From: Candidatus Nomurabacteria bacterium
Lineage (GTDB): Bacteria; Patescibacteriota; Minisyncoccia; Phycocordibacterales; UBA918
NCBI GenBank assembly: GCA_020632095.1
Contig: JACKGF010000002.1
Location: 16,502-80,501, forward strand
Length of the DNA: 64,000 nt
Reading direction: 5' to 3'
This document shows positions 1 through 9,904 of the stretch, in pieces. The position numbers and the translations under genes were made by a program. How positions within the stretch are numbered: position 1 is the stretch's first letter; the number at the start of each line of letters is the position of its first letter. The notes beneath the pieces were generated by a model, which ran no database searches, had not been told where the DNA came from, and saw only the letters and a program-made list of their open reading frames with translations.

Positions 1-1
1 T

Positions 2-610
2 GAAGCCGCTTTAGCCAACCATCTCTACACCCTAGCCATCCCCGGTGGTGGCCTCAGCGACCAATCCCTCTACCCTGCTTCACACAGACAACTTGCTTTT
101 AGAATTTTAGAAAGTAATGGTGGATTACTAAGTGAATTTGAGCCAACCTTCAAAGCGACCAAGTGGTCATTTCCACAACGAAATCGGCTAGTGGCCGGTA
201 TCAGCCAAGCCACTTTACTAGTTGAAGCTGGCGAAAAATCTGGCACCTTAATCACCGCCCGCCTGACCGCTGACTACAATCGTGAGCTCCTAGTCGTCCC
301 TGGAAGTATCTTTTCTAAAAACTCTCTCGGCACCCACCAATTCCTCAAACTTGGTGCCACCCCAGTCACCACTAGTCAGGATATTCTAGAAATACTCAAT
401 ATCTCAGACAACACTCCTCCAGCCACCATTCCTATACTGTTATCCCCAGCCGAGCAGTCGGTCATCGACCAACTCAACGAACCCACTCATCGTGACGAAC
501 TAATCCGTAAAATCAACCTCCAAACCCATGAAGCTTCACAATTATTAATGATGATGGAATTGGCTGGACACATCAAAAGTGAGCAAAATATTTATCGTTC
601 CTGTCGCTAA
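2..610 (+). CDS. dprA: DNA processing protein DprA/Smf, C-terminal part (5' end outside window)
   Basis: The open frame continues from the window start; translated motifs (EKSGTLITARLTAD, LLVVPGS) are typical of the DprA Rossmann domain. The dprA-topA adjacency is a conserved arrangement. Confidence 0.8.
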   Translation, partial: EAALANHLYTLAIPGGGLSDQSLYPASHRQLAFRILESNGGLLSEFEPTFKATKWSFPQRNRLVAGISQATLLVEAGEKSGTLITARLTADYNRELLVVPGSIFSKNSLGTHQFLKLGATPVTTSQDILEILNISDNTPPATIPILLSPAEQSVIDQLNEPTHRDELIRKINLQTHEASQLLMMMELAGHIKSEQNIYRSCR

Positions 611-652
611 CCGTGGTACAAATTAGTTGACAGATTCAACACATGCTAGTAT

Positions 653-3031
653 TTGTACTCATTAATTATGTCAAAAAAGACTTTAGTCATAGTGGAGTCG
701 CCCGCCAAGGCGAAAACCATTGAGAAATATTTAGGAACTGGTTACAAGGTAATGTCTTCAATTGGACACGTGCGTGACCTTCCCAAAAGCAATACTGACG
801 CGGTTGACGTGGCTGGTGGCTTTGTGCCGCACTATATTAATTCCCCCGGCAAAGAACAAGTCATCAAAGGACTACAACTAGCAGCCGCTAAAGTCGACGA
901 AGTTCTACTAGCCTCCGACCCCGACCGCGAAGGAGAAGCGATTGCTTGGCACGTGGCTGAACTAATCAAGAAAAACAACCCACACCTAAGACGAATCGCC
1001 TTTAACGAAATCACAGAAGAAGCAGTCCAAGAAGCCATCAAAGAACCCCGCGAAATTGATCTTCACCTGAAGGAAGCGCAGGAAGCTAGGCGGGTACTAG
1101 ACCGTTTGGTTGGATATGACCTATCCGGACTCATCTGGAAGAAAGTCCGCTACGGTCTTTCCGCTGGGCGAGTTCAGTCTCCGGCTCTACGAATTGTAAT
1201 GGAACGCGAACGAGAAATCCGCGCATTTATAAAAGAAGATTATTTTGTCCTCACTGCATTGTTGGAGAAAAGCAAAATGAATATCCCATTTCTTTGTACC
1301 CAAGAACCAAAAACACTTGAGGAGTCAGAACGAATTAAAAAAATTGGCAAAAGTCATGATTGGATTGTGAATTCAATCAAAGAAACTGAGGTCAAACGTT
1401 CACCTAGACCTCCCTTCACTACTTCTACTTTGCAACAAACAGCGTCCAACCGACTTGGCTTTACACCGTCTCGCACCATGAGCACCGCCCAGAGACTTTA
1501 CGAAGCTGGTTTCATCACCTACATGCGTACCGACAGCACCAGTCTTAGTTCCCAAGCACAAAAACAAATCTTAGCATTGATTAGTAGTGATTATGGTAAA
1601 AATTACGTTGCAGCTCGCACCTACAAAACCAAAAGTAAGTCTGCTCAAGAAGCTCACGAAGCAATCCGCCCTTCAAACTTAAAAAAGCGTAGTGCTGGTA
1701 GCACCGCCGACCAAAAAGCTCTCTATGAATTAATCTGGGAAAGAGCTGTTGCCTCTCAAATGGCTGACGCAGCACTCAAGCGAACCAAACTTCTCACCAA
1801 CGTCATTGATTCCAAAGAAACGATTCCAGACTTTGCTGTTAACGGTTCAAGAGTGGTTTTTGATGGTTGGCTAAAAGTTGATACCAGAGCCCGCGGTGAA
1901 GACACTGAAGTACCTAAGATAGACCAAGGTGACAAACTTAAATGCAAAGATGTTGAAATTGAAGCTAAGCAAACCCAACCGCCCAACCGCTACACCGAAG
2001 CCGGCTTAATTAAAGAACTTGAAAAACGCGGCATCGGTCGCCCATCAACTTACGCTTCAATCATGAACACAATTGTGCAGCGTGGTTACGTAGTCAAAGA
2101 AGGCCGCACCCTAATCCCTACTGACACTGGTGATGTGGTCTCTACTTTTCTAGAAGAACATTTCGCCGAATACATCGGAGATGACTTTACTAGTAGCATG
2201 GAAGACCAGCTTGACGATATAGCTACTGGTGAACGTACTTACATAAAAACCTTGGCCGACTTCTACAAACCATTCAAGCAAGCAGTCGACGCCAAAGAAG
2301 ATATTGAAAAATTAACCACCTTAGGGGTCGGACCAAAAGAATTTCCTTGCCCTGTTTGCGGTAGTGGCATGGTAAAGAAACTGGGTAAAAATGGTACATT
2401 CTTGTCTTGTGACCGTTATCCAGACTGTGATGGTGCGCGACTGATTGACGGTTCAGAAGTAAAGCCAGAAGAACCGATTGGTAATCATCCAGAAACTGGC
2501 GAACCAATCTTCGTCATGAATGGTAAATTTGGACCCTACGTTCAACTCGGTGAAACACCAGAAAAAGTCAAAGGTAAAAAAGCCGTGACCCCGCGACGAT
2601 CTTCTTTACCCGCTGGCACTAAAACAGAAGATGTTACTCTCGATGAAGCTGTACGCTATCTACTACTCCCACGTGAACTCGGACTACATCCAACCACCAG
2701 TGAACCAATTATGGCCAACACTGGACAATTTGGACCATACATCGCTCACGCTGGTGACTTCCGTTCCTTGCGCGCTGAAGGCGACAATCCTTACGATGTT
2801 ACTCTCGAGAGAGCTCTGGAACTGTTAGCCGAACCAAAACAACTCCGCCGCGGTGAATCCTTACTGAAAGAATTAGGAGTCAATCCCAAAACCCACAAAC
2901 TAATAAATGTCTTTGAGTCCAAGTCCGGCCGCTACCTCAAGAAAGGCTTCAAACGAATCGGTATCCCCGACAATCTGAAAACCGATGATATCACCCTAGA
3001 AATAGCTATCGACCTACTAAAACAGAAGTAA
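653..3031 (+). CDS. topA: DNA topoisomerase I
   Basis: 792-aa ORF with a TOPRIM N-terminus (LVIVESPAKAKTIEKYLG), an active-site region and a C-terminal Zn-ribbon (CPVCGSG...CDRYPDC). An alternative start at 668 (MSKK) is possible. Confidence 0.95.
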   Translation: MYSLIMSKKTLVIVESPAKAKTIEKYLGTGYKVMSSIGHVRDLPKSNTDAVDVAGGFVPHYINSPGKEQVIKGLQLAAAKVDEVLLASDPDREGEAIAWHVAELIKKNNPHLRRIAFNEITEEAVQEAIKEPREIDLHLKEAQEARRVLDRLVGYDLSGLIWKKVRYGLSAGRVQSPALRIVMEREREIRAFIKEDYFVLTALLEKSKMNIPFLCTQEPKTLEESERIKKIGKSHDWIVNSIKETEVKRSPRPPFTTSTLQQTASNRLGFTPSRTMSTAQRLYEAGFITYMRTDSTSLSSQAQKQILALISSDYGKNYVAARTYKTKSKSAQEAHEAIRPSNLKKRSAGSTADQKALYELIWERAVASQMADAALKRTKLLTNVIDSKETIPDFAVNGSRVVFDGWLKVDTRARGEDTEVPKIDQGDKLKCKDVEIEAKQTQPPNRYTEAGLIKELEKRGIGRPSTYASIMNTIVQRGYVVKEGRTLIPTDTGDVVSTFLEEHFAEYIGDDFTSSMEDQLDDIATGERTYIKTLADFYKPFKQAVDAKEDIEKLTTLGVGPKEFPCPVCGSGMVKKLGKNGTFLSCDRYPDCDGARLIDGSEVKPEEPIGNHPETGEPIFVMNGKFGPYVQLGETPEKVKGKKAVTPRRSSLPAGTKTEDVTLDEAVRYLLLPRELGLHPTTSEPIMANTGQFGPYIAHAGDFRSLRAEGDNPYDVTLERALELLAEPKQLRRGESLLKELGVNPKTHKLINVFESKSGRYLKKGFKRIGIPDNLKTDDITLEIAIDLLKQK

Positions 3032-3037
3032 CCAGAA

Positions 3038-3068
3038 ACCCGCCGAGCTAACGCTCGGCGGGTTTTGC
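3038..3068 (+). terminator. intrinsic terminator after topA
   Basis: GC hairpin cccgccgagc-taac-gctcggcggg followed by ttttgctg. Confidence 0.6.
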
Positions 3069-3444
3069 TGTCTACTAACCACACTTGCCGAACTGTTAAA
3101 AAGTGTGCTAATTTATTTGTGAAAGTTAAGCTCTTTCAATCCAGTGGTGTCAACCGACACTACGTAACTGCAAAAAGGAGAAAAAAATGTCAAAATCATA
3201 CAAAAAGCAAAACAAGGAGGGAGGATCAGGTGTCTACATTGTGGACAAATCAATCATTAGAGGAGGTCCGACCAGCGGATCAGTCCATTCTGTCAATATA
3301 AAAGCCGTTGTTCCAAGACCCAAGGAACAACGAGCAGCATAAAAGATCATCGGCTAGATGCCCCAACCCCCGCTTCCGGCGGGGGTTAATTAATTTAAAG
3401 TTACCTGAATACTCAGCTACTTATAAAGCTTATTTATAACTTAC

Positions 3445-3473
3445 TTGTCAATAATCATTTATGTCTCTAGAAT
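3445..3473 (+). promoter_or_regulatory. sigma70-like promoter upstream of relA/spoT homolog
   Basis: TTGTCA-N17-TAGAAT lies 7 nt upstream of the ATG at 3480. Confidence 0.45.
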
Positions 3474-3479
3474 AGACAG

Positions 3480-5057
3480 ATGTATTCAGCTGAAGATATC
3501 ATTGCACAGATTAACAGCCCTAACGAGGCTGATCGTAACTTGGTTAAAAAAGCCTACGACTATGCGGCTGAGGCGCACAAGGCGCACAAGCGATATTCTG
3601 GCGAACCCTACATGACACACGTCGCCTCTGTCGGCTACAAACTAGCCGCTATGGGTATGGAACCACGCACAGTGTGTGCTGGACTCCTTCACGATACTAT
3701 TGAAGACACCGCCATTACTTCTGAAGATATCGGTAGTAACTTTGGTGAGGAGGTCTTGTTTCTAGTCGAAGGTGTCACCAAACTTAGTTCGGTTCGCTAT
3801 TACGGCTCCGACCGACACAACGAAAGTCTACGTAAATTATTTGTAGCGACTAGTCAGGACATTCGAGTCCTAATAATTAAGCTAGCCGATCGTCTCCACA
3901 ACCTCGAAACCCTCCACCACATTCCGACTCACAAACAACTACGAATCGCACAAGAAACCCTAGAAATCTACGTACCCGTCGCCCATCGCCTTGGAATGGG
4001 TAAGCTACGCAAAGAGCTGGAAGACTTGGCTTTTCCCTATGTATATCCCAAAGAGGCCAAGCGTGTGACAGAGCTTCTTACCACTCGTTTTGGCAAAGCC
4101 AACGAGATGCTCGAACGCGAAAGAAAAGTTCTGCAGAAGCGTTTAGCTGAAGTGAAGCTAACAAACTTTCATACTTCATTTCGAGTCAAAGGACTCTATA
4201 GTTTGTATCATAAACTGAAACGTAAAGACTGGGATATACAGGCTATTTATGACCTATTAGCTATGCGGGTAGTAGTAACTTCAGTTGAGGATTGTTACCG
4301 CACATTAGGAATCGTTCATGAATTATGGCGTCCACTGCCAAAGCGAGTAAAAGACTACATCGCTTTTCCAAAACCAAACGGCTACCAATCACTTCATACC
4401 ACCGTCACCACTCAAAACGGCGTTATTTTGGAAATTCAGATTCGAACCAAGCAAATGCACCAAGAATCAGAATTTGGTGTAGCTTCACATATTTTGTATA
4501 AAAACCCCAAGGTTTCTGATGATCCGAAACCTTCAATGTTTTCCAATCTTATTCCTACCCTATTTAGACCTTTCACTAAGCGTGAGGATGAGAAAGAAAC
4601 TGATATAAAAAGTATTGCCGAAACTCCACACACACAAAAAATCCCTCTGTGGATTTCACAAATTGGCCAAGCCTACAATCACGACTCCGAAAACCCCACC
4701 AGTGATTTTGTCGAAGACGCCCAATCTGATTTTTTTTCCAGTCGAATCTTTGTTTTTACACCAAAGGGTGATGTGGTCGATCTGCCAGTTGGTGCCACGC
4801 CCATTGATTTTGCTTACGCCATTCACTCAGAAGTTGGCGATCATACCTTCGGAGCCAAGGTAAACCGCAAAATGGTTCAACTTGATACTGAACTCAGAAA
4901 CGGTGACATCTTAGAAATTGACACCAGAAAATCCGCCAAACCCAGTCCTAAATGGCTACTATTCGCTAGAACCTCACTAGCCAGAAGACGAATTCGATCG
5001 GCCATAGAAAACGACCCTGAAAATCAGCACAAACATAACCAACACGGTCACCATTAA
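3480..5057 (+). CDS. bifunctional (p)ppGpp synthetase/hydrolase, RelA/SpoT homolog (short form, no ACT domain)
   Basis: HD hydrolase motif (LLHDTIEDT), a synthetase region (RVKGLYSLYHKLKRK...YQSLHTTV) and a TGS-like C-terminus (IFVFTPKGDVVDLPVGATPIDFAYAIHSEVG). Confidence 0.9.
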   Translation: MYSAEDIIAQINSPNEADRNLVKKAYDYAAEAHKAHKRYSGEPYMTHVASVGYKLAAMGMEPRTVCAGLLHDTIEDTAITSEDIGSNFGEEVLFLVEGVTKLSSVRYYGSDRHNESLRKLFVATSQDIRVLIIKLADRLHNLETLHHIPTHKQLRIAQETLEIYVPVAHRLGMGKLRKELEDLAFPYVYPKEAKRVTELLTTRFGKANEMLERERKVLQKRLAEVKLTNFHTSFRVKGLYSLYHKLKRKDWDIQAIYDLLAMRVVVTSVEDCYRTLGIVHELWRPLPKRVKDYIAFPKPNGYQSLHTTVTTQNGVILEIQIRTKQMHQESEFGVASHILYKNPKVSDDPKPSMFSNLIPTLFRPFTKREDEKETDIKSIAETPHTQKIPLWISQIGQAYNHDSENPTSDFVEDAQSDFFSSRIFVFTPKGDVVDLPVGATPIDFAYAIHSEVGDHTFGAKVNRKMVQLDTELRNGDILEIDTRKSAKPSPKWLLFARTSLARRRIRSAIENDPENQHKHNQHGHH

Positions 5058-5202
5058 TAACCTTACGATCTCACCAAGGTCCCAAGAGGCTAAAAATATG
5101 AGTGAAGATTGTGTAGGTCATGGAAGCGAACCTTGATTCGTTAACGAAACATACGCAATTTGTAGCCATATTTTTGTATTGAGGTAGTGGATAGGTTCTA
5201 GG

Positions 5203-6813
5203 TTAGACAGTAAAATTATTTATTGAGTACAAGTTGCTATCATCACTTTCTGGAGCTTTAGGAGCTGCAGGTTGAGACTGTAGAGTTTCTTGTCTATCAA
5301 CATTTGATTGAGACGGGTTTCTATCAATGAATCCTCCTTGATTTGAATATTGATTATTAACACTAGCTACATAAGGAGGTTTTTCTTCTGGATTGGCAGA
5401 TGGATTTTGCTGAGCTTGGATATTTTGTGAATCTGATTCAGTAGCTTCATTTTTCTCAGCCGGCGCTTCATTATGATTTAGTATTTTTTCATACCACGGT
5501 AGATGAGTTTTTTCTGGTTCAGCTTTTTCTGATTCTACTTGAGTAGCTTGAACTACCTCATTTGATTGAGTCGGTTGAACCGGAGCAACCGGTGACACTA
5601 TCTGAGTTGGCGGGTTGTAGACAAAACTTTCAGCTGGTTTTTCTGTTACCTCGGGCGTATTTTGTACTGGTGTACCATAGGTAACTTTTGGCTCTTCAGT
5701 TTTTTCTGGAGCAACAGTTTCAGACTGACTAAACTTAGAGTAATTATGGATTGACTCTGGCTGATTCACTACTTGCGACGGCTCTTCTTTAGGAGAATCA
5801 GCTTCACTTCTGTTTGACACAGGATTCTCAGTTGGTGAATTATAAGAAGCAAAATCAGGAGCCGGAAAGACTGTGTCACTTGCGAGGTTTTCAGATACAG
5901 CAGTGGCAGTGGCCACTACAGACAATGGCGTATGATCACTCAAACGCTGGGCCATCTCTTGGTGAGATACCATTTTTGCACCTGTTCCTTCATCACGCAT
6001 TCGCTTGAGGATTACTTCCAAATCTTCATTAGAAAAGTAATCAATTGTTAGCTTGCCACCAAAATCGGTCTTTTGGATTTGTACACGAGTTCCAAGAGTT
6101 TCAGTAAACTGTTTTTCAAATTCAATCAAATGTGCATCAATATCATCACCCGACTTTTTCCGTACTTTATCCGTCGCAATTTTACGCACAATTCGTTCCA
6201 CCTCACGTACCGATAGTTTTTTCAATAGGATTTCTCTAAAAATGACTTCTTGTTCCTCTGGACGATCGGTTAACATCAGTAGAGTACGCGCATGACCCTC
6301 ACTCAACTCACCACGCTTAAGCGAAGTTAGAATATGTTCAGGCAAAGCCAATAGACGGATAGAATTGGAAACATATTCTCGACTGCGACCCATCTTCTGG
6401 GCGACTTGAACGTGAGATAATTTGAAAACATCAGCTAATTGTTGAAAAGCTAACGCGCGATCGACCGCATTTAAGTCTTCGCGTTGGAGGTTTTCGATAA
6501 TAGCCAGCTCGAGTTTTTCTTGCTCATTTTGTTCACCATCACGAATTATCACCGGCACCTGTGCCACTCCGGCCAGCTTACTCGCTCGCAAACGACGCTC
6601 ACCCGCAATTAGTTCATACTCCGAGTAAAAAGTACCATCATCGCGATGAATTTCGTTGCGCGTTACCGTCAGTGGTTGCAACACACCATACATCCGGATT
6701 GAATCCGCTAGTTCCTGAAGCTTGTGTTGATCAAACTCCCGTCTTGGCTGAAACGGGTTTGGAACCACTTTTTCAACCTCCACCCAATATATTGAATCAC
6801 CCTGAAATGCCAT
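5203..6813 (-). CDS. parB: ParB/Spo0J-family partition protein with a long low-complexity C-terminal tail
   Basis: ParB box motifs (LIAGERRLRASKLAG, HTH region VAQKMGRSREYVSNSIRLL). The last ~250 aa are P/T/E/Q/S-rich with no recognisable domain. Confidence 0.85.
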   Translation of the reverse strand: MAFQGDSIYWVEVEKVVPNPFQPRREFDQHKLQELADSIRMYGVLQPLTVTRNEIHRDDGTFYSEYELIAGERRLRASKLAGVAQVPVIIRDGEQNEQEKLELAIIENLQREDLNAVDRALAFQQLADVFKLSHVQVAQKMGRSREYVSNSIRLLALPEHILTSLKRGELSEGHARTLLMLTDRPEEQEVIFREILLKKLSVREVERIVRKIATDKVRKKSGDDIDAHLIEFEKQFTETLGTRVQIQKTDFGGKLTIDYFSNEDLEVILKRMRDEGTGAKMVSHQEMAQRLSDHTPLSVVATATAVSENLASDTVFPAPDFASYNSPTENPVSNRSEADSPKEEPSQVVNQPESIHNYSKFSQSETVAPEKTEEPKVTYGTPVQNTPEVTEKPAESFVYNPPTQIVSPVAPVQPTQSNEVVQATQVESEKAEPEKTHLPWYEKILNHNEAPAEKNEATESDSQNIQAQQNPSANPEEKPPYVASVNNQYSNQGGFIDRNPSQSNVDRQETLQSQPAAPKAPESDDSNLYSINNFTV

Positions 6814-6969
6814 AAATAAAAACCATTCAAATTACCCCCGAGCTCATAAACACTCGTATCTGCACATTCTAACACACGGAACTTATACACAGCCCCTATA
6901 GCCACAGTATGGAGATTTTTTTATTAACATTTATTTCTGCAGCGATTTCTGGTACACTCTTTGACACTT

Positions 6970-7051
6970 GCCTCGGTGGCGGAATTGGTAGACGCGCACG
7001 ACTCAAAATCGTGTTCCGAAAGGGGTGAGGGTTCGATTCCCTCCCGAGGCA
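6970..7051 (+). tRNA. tRNA-Leu (anticodon CAA), long variable arm
   Basis: Cloverleaf by eye: acceptor gcctcgg/ccgaggc, anticodon loop cuCAAaa, T-loop ggttcgattcc. CCA is not encoded. Confidence 0.9.
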
Positions 7052-7052
7052 C

Positions 7053-7548
7053 AAAAATCGTGTTCCGAAAGGCTGAAATGATTCGGGGAATCATTTCAGA
7101 AGGTTGCCTGATATTTTATGACGTTAGGAAATAAAATGTCGACAACCTGTACTGCGCCGGTACGGCGGGAGGGTTCGATTCCCTCCCGAGGCACAAGAAA
7201 ACCGCGTTTAGCGGTTTTCTTGTGCCGAGAGAACAGTCTGGGAGACTGTTCGTGGGGGTGTCGAAAAGGTTGCCAGCTGTTTTGGAGCCTGCGACAAAAC
7301 GGCGACAACCTATACTGAACATGTAATGTTCGATTCCCTCCCGAGGCACAAATAACCAACCTGATACGCGCTAGCGTTCAGGTTGTTGTTATTTGTAGCC
7401 TCGGGAGGGGATCGAAAGCCACAGACTCATGTGAATTTCGAAGCGAAGCGGAGAAAGAGAGAGTCGAGGCAGGGTCGTGAGCGACATATTTTTAACGAGT
7501 AAGCGAGTATAAAAATAGTTGACTCCTGACTGATTCCCTCCCGAGGCA
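7053..7548 (+). repeat. three direct repeats of the tRNA-Leu(CAA) 3' end plus one inverted degenerate copy (att-site-like remnants)
   Basis: gagggttcgattccctcccgaggca recurs at 7168-7193, 7328-7348 and 7532-7548. An inverted degenerate copy sits at 7398-7420. Each unit starts with a terminator-like hairpin. Confidence 0.75.
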
Positions 7549-7627
7549 CATAATTTACAATCTAATAATTTGACAAACATATACTTTTAGTGTATACTGT
7601 GATTTGTTATTTTTTGGAGCACAAAAA

Positions 7628-7951
7628 ATGTCGTACATTTCACCTTGGTTGAACGTTGGTTGTGGAGAGGCAACTCCGGAAGGTTGGGTGCTTGGTAACT
7701 TGTACTACCATAGCTCGATTATGGACTTGCTCACTCGAGACGAGATGACTGGTTATCCCCACAACGGGGGTGAACACTCACTATGCCTCAATATCGAGGC
7801 CCTTGGAGAGGACGGTATCGAAACTTTCCTTAGTCTCGTAGAGGAGCGATATCAGGGCAGTAGTGAGATCGTTACTGAACGAGTCCGAGCCTTCACTGAT
7901 CGAGTTCGATCAAAATTAAACGACTGGAAGAAGGCTTCGTCAGAAGCTTAA
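7628..7951 (+). CDS. hypothetical protein (possible island cargo)
   Basis: ORF with GGAG 9 nt upstream of the ATG at 7628 and no recognisable domain. It sits between the tRNA-end repeats and a terminator. Confidence 0.45.
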   Translation: MSYISPWLNVGCGEATPEGWVLGNLYYHSSIMDLLTRDEMTGYPHNGGEHSLCLNIEALGEDGIETFLSLVEERYQGSSEIVTERVRAFTDRVRSKLNDWKKASSEA

Positions 7952-8042
7952 ACTTCAGTCGAACCGCAAAATCGGCACACGAACCTCCAGTTATGTGTGC
8001 CTTTTCTTTTGTAACTTGTAGTTTGAATAATCTTTGGAACAA

Positions 8043-8068
8043 GCCGGCGCTTCGCGCCGGCTTTTTTC
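8043..8068. terminator. bidirectional intrinsic terminator
   Basis: gccggcgc-ttc-gcgccggc followed by a T6 run, between convergent genes. Confidence 0.6.
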
Positions 8069-8093
8069 GATATTCTCACTATTTTTCCTTAGA

Positions 8094-8693
8094 TTAAATC
8101 TTCCCCACCAAATCAACTCCTGGGGTCAGGGTGTCATCACCATCATTCCAACTGGCTGGGCAGACGTTGGCGGGGTTTTTGTTGACGAACTTGGCGGCTT
8201 TTAGCTTACGCAGGGTTTCCGTGGCGTTGCGGCCGATTGAGTTGTCGTTGATTTCAATAGACTTGATTACGCCGTCTGGAGAAATAATGAATGTTCCGCG
8301 CAATGACTCCCCTTTTTCCAAAATCAAAGTACCAAACATAGTTGAAAGTTCATGCGAAGAATCAGAGGCCATTCCGTATTTCACCTGTTTGATTGAATCT
8401 GAAGTATCGTGCCATGCCTTATGAACAAAAGCGGAGTCGGTTGAGACCGACACGATTTCCGCTTCTTCAGCCACAAATTTGTCATATAAACCAGCCAGTT
8501 CAGCCAACTCAGTCGGACAAACAAAAGTGAAGTCACCGGGGTAGAAAAAAAGAATTAACCATTTACCACGATAATCCTTAAAATTCTTAGTATCGATATC
8601 GTTGTCTTGAAAAACCTCAAAAGAAACCTCTTCAGGCACCATATCTCCAATGGTTAGCGGAACGATGTCTGATTCGTAAAATAATTCATCCAT
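8094..8693 (-). CDS. peroxiredoxin (AhpC/Tsa 2-Cys family)
   Basis: Peroxidatic Cys motif FTFVCPTE and overall Prx fold signature (KAWHDTSD...). Confidence 0.9.
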   Translation of the reverse strand: MDELFYESDIVPLTIGDMVPEEVSFEVFQDNDIDTKNFKDYRGKWLILFFYPGDFTFVCPTELAELAGLYDKFVAEEAEIVSVSTDSAFVHKAWHDTSDSIKQVKYGMASDSSHELSTMFGTLILEKGESLRGTFIISPDGVIKSIEINDNSIGRNATETLRKLKAAKFVNKNPANVCPASWNDGDDTLTPGVDLVGKI

Positions 8694-8803
8694 AGAAAAA
8701 TTTAAAATTTGTTAATTGATTGAATAATATCATATTTGGGGTTCAGGGGCCGCGCGAAGCGCGGCCCCTTTCCTATCTCAATCCCCTCTGCTACACTCGA
8801 GAC

Positions 8804-9709
8804 ATGAACAAACCCAAGGTTATGGCCATCGTAGGACCAACCTCCTCCGGCAAAACGTCACTTTCTATTGATATCGCCAAAAAGTTCCGTGGTGAGGTGA
8901 TTTCGGCTGATTCTAGGCAGGTTTATCGCGGCATGGACCTTGGAACCGGAAAAGTCACCAAAGAAGAAGCTGATGGTATCCCCCATCACCTACTCGACAT
9001 AGCCGACCCAATGGAAGTCTACAATGCAGCCATGTTTGAACACGACGCAAAAATCTCCATTGCTGAAATTTCTAAACGTGGCAATTTACCAATCATCACC
9101 GGTGGTTCATCCTTCTACATCGACCTCCTCCGAGGCCAGTTGCAGTCTGCCCCCGTCCCACCAAACGAAGAATTTAGAACTGGTTTAGAAAAATTCTCAA
9201 ACGCCGAACTTTTCAAGAAAATAGCAGCGGCCGACCCCAGACGAGCCGAAATGATCGATCCAGACAACCGTCATCGGTTAATTAGAGCTCTAGAAATTAT
9301 CAATGTCCTTGGTGTAGTTCCTGAATCTACTAAAAGTGAGTCTGATTACAATTGGCTTGTTTTGGGGGTACAAGTAGAAAAAGAAAAACTCCATCAAAAT
9401 ATTCACCAACGATTGGAACAAAGAATCAACGACGGAATGATTGAAGAAGTAAAAAGACTTCACTCTGCAGGATTAACTTACGAACGGATGGATAAACTCG
9501 GATTAGAATACCGCTATGTAGCAAAATATCTGCAAAATGAACTATCCCTAGAAGAAATGACTGAGCAATTAGAATACAAAATCAAACAATACGCCAAGCG
9601 ACAAATGACATGGCTTAAGAAAGACAAGGAGATCGTTTGGGTCGCGCCGGAAAATCGCGAAGCGATTTTCCGACTAGTCATCAACTTCCTCCAAGAACAA
9701 CCAAGTTGA
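8804..9709 (+). CDS. miaA: tRNA dimethylallyltransferase
   Basis: P-loop VMAIVGPTSSGKTS followed by ADSRQVYRGMDLGTGK. The annotated ORF begins at 8720 but a GC hairpin occupies 8745-8772, so the start at 8804 is preferred. Confidence 0.9.
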   Translation: MNKPKVMAIVGPTSSGKTSLSIDIAKKFRGEVISADSRQVYRGMDLGTGKVTKEEADGIPHHLLDIADPMEVYNAAMFEHDAKISIAEISKRGNLPIITGGSSFYIDLLRGQLQSAPVPPNEEFRTGLEKFSNAELFKKIAAADPRRAEMIDPDNRHRLIRALEIINVLGVVPESTKSESDYNWLVLGVQVEKEKLHQNIHQRLEQRINDGMIEEVKRLHSAGLTYERMDKLGLEYRYVAKYLQNELSLEEMTEQLEYKIKQYAKRQMTWLKKDKEIVWVAPENREAIFRLVINFLQEQPS

Positions 9710-9771
9710 CCTCCTGCCCGCTTTCGCCTAATATAACTGCCACGAGCAATTATCAAAACAATCACTACCAC

Positions 9772-9842
9772 GGGTCCATAGTTTAGTGGTAAAACAGTGG
9801 TCTCCAAAACCACCGTCCTCCGTTCGAGTCGGAGTGGACTCG
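9772..9842 (+). tRNA. tRNA-Trp (anticodon CCA)
   Basis: Acceptor gggtcca/tggactc, anticodon loop cuCCAaa, T-loop ttcgagt. Confidence 0.85.
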
Positions 9843-9904
9843 CAGAAAATAGGCAAACTTAAACCCTAAGAAAACAATATTCTTAGGGTTTTAGTTTTAC
9901 TAGA

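Noticed and set aside
3065-3301. ORF 3065-3301(+)
   Set aside because: It is a basic, low-complexity product in the topA-relA intergenic region. The region is dominated by terminator hairpins and there is no RBS.
7096-7359. ORFs 7096-7359(-), 7116-7349(-) and 7118-7318(+) as protein genes
   Set aside because: They lie entirely within the tRNA-3'-end repeat units and overlap on both strands. They have no RBS and are artefacts of hairpin-rich repeat DNA.
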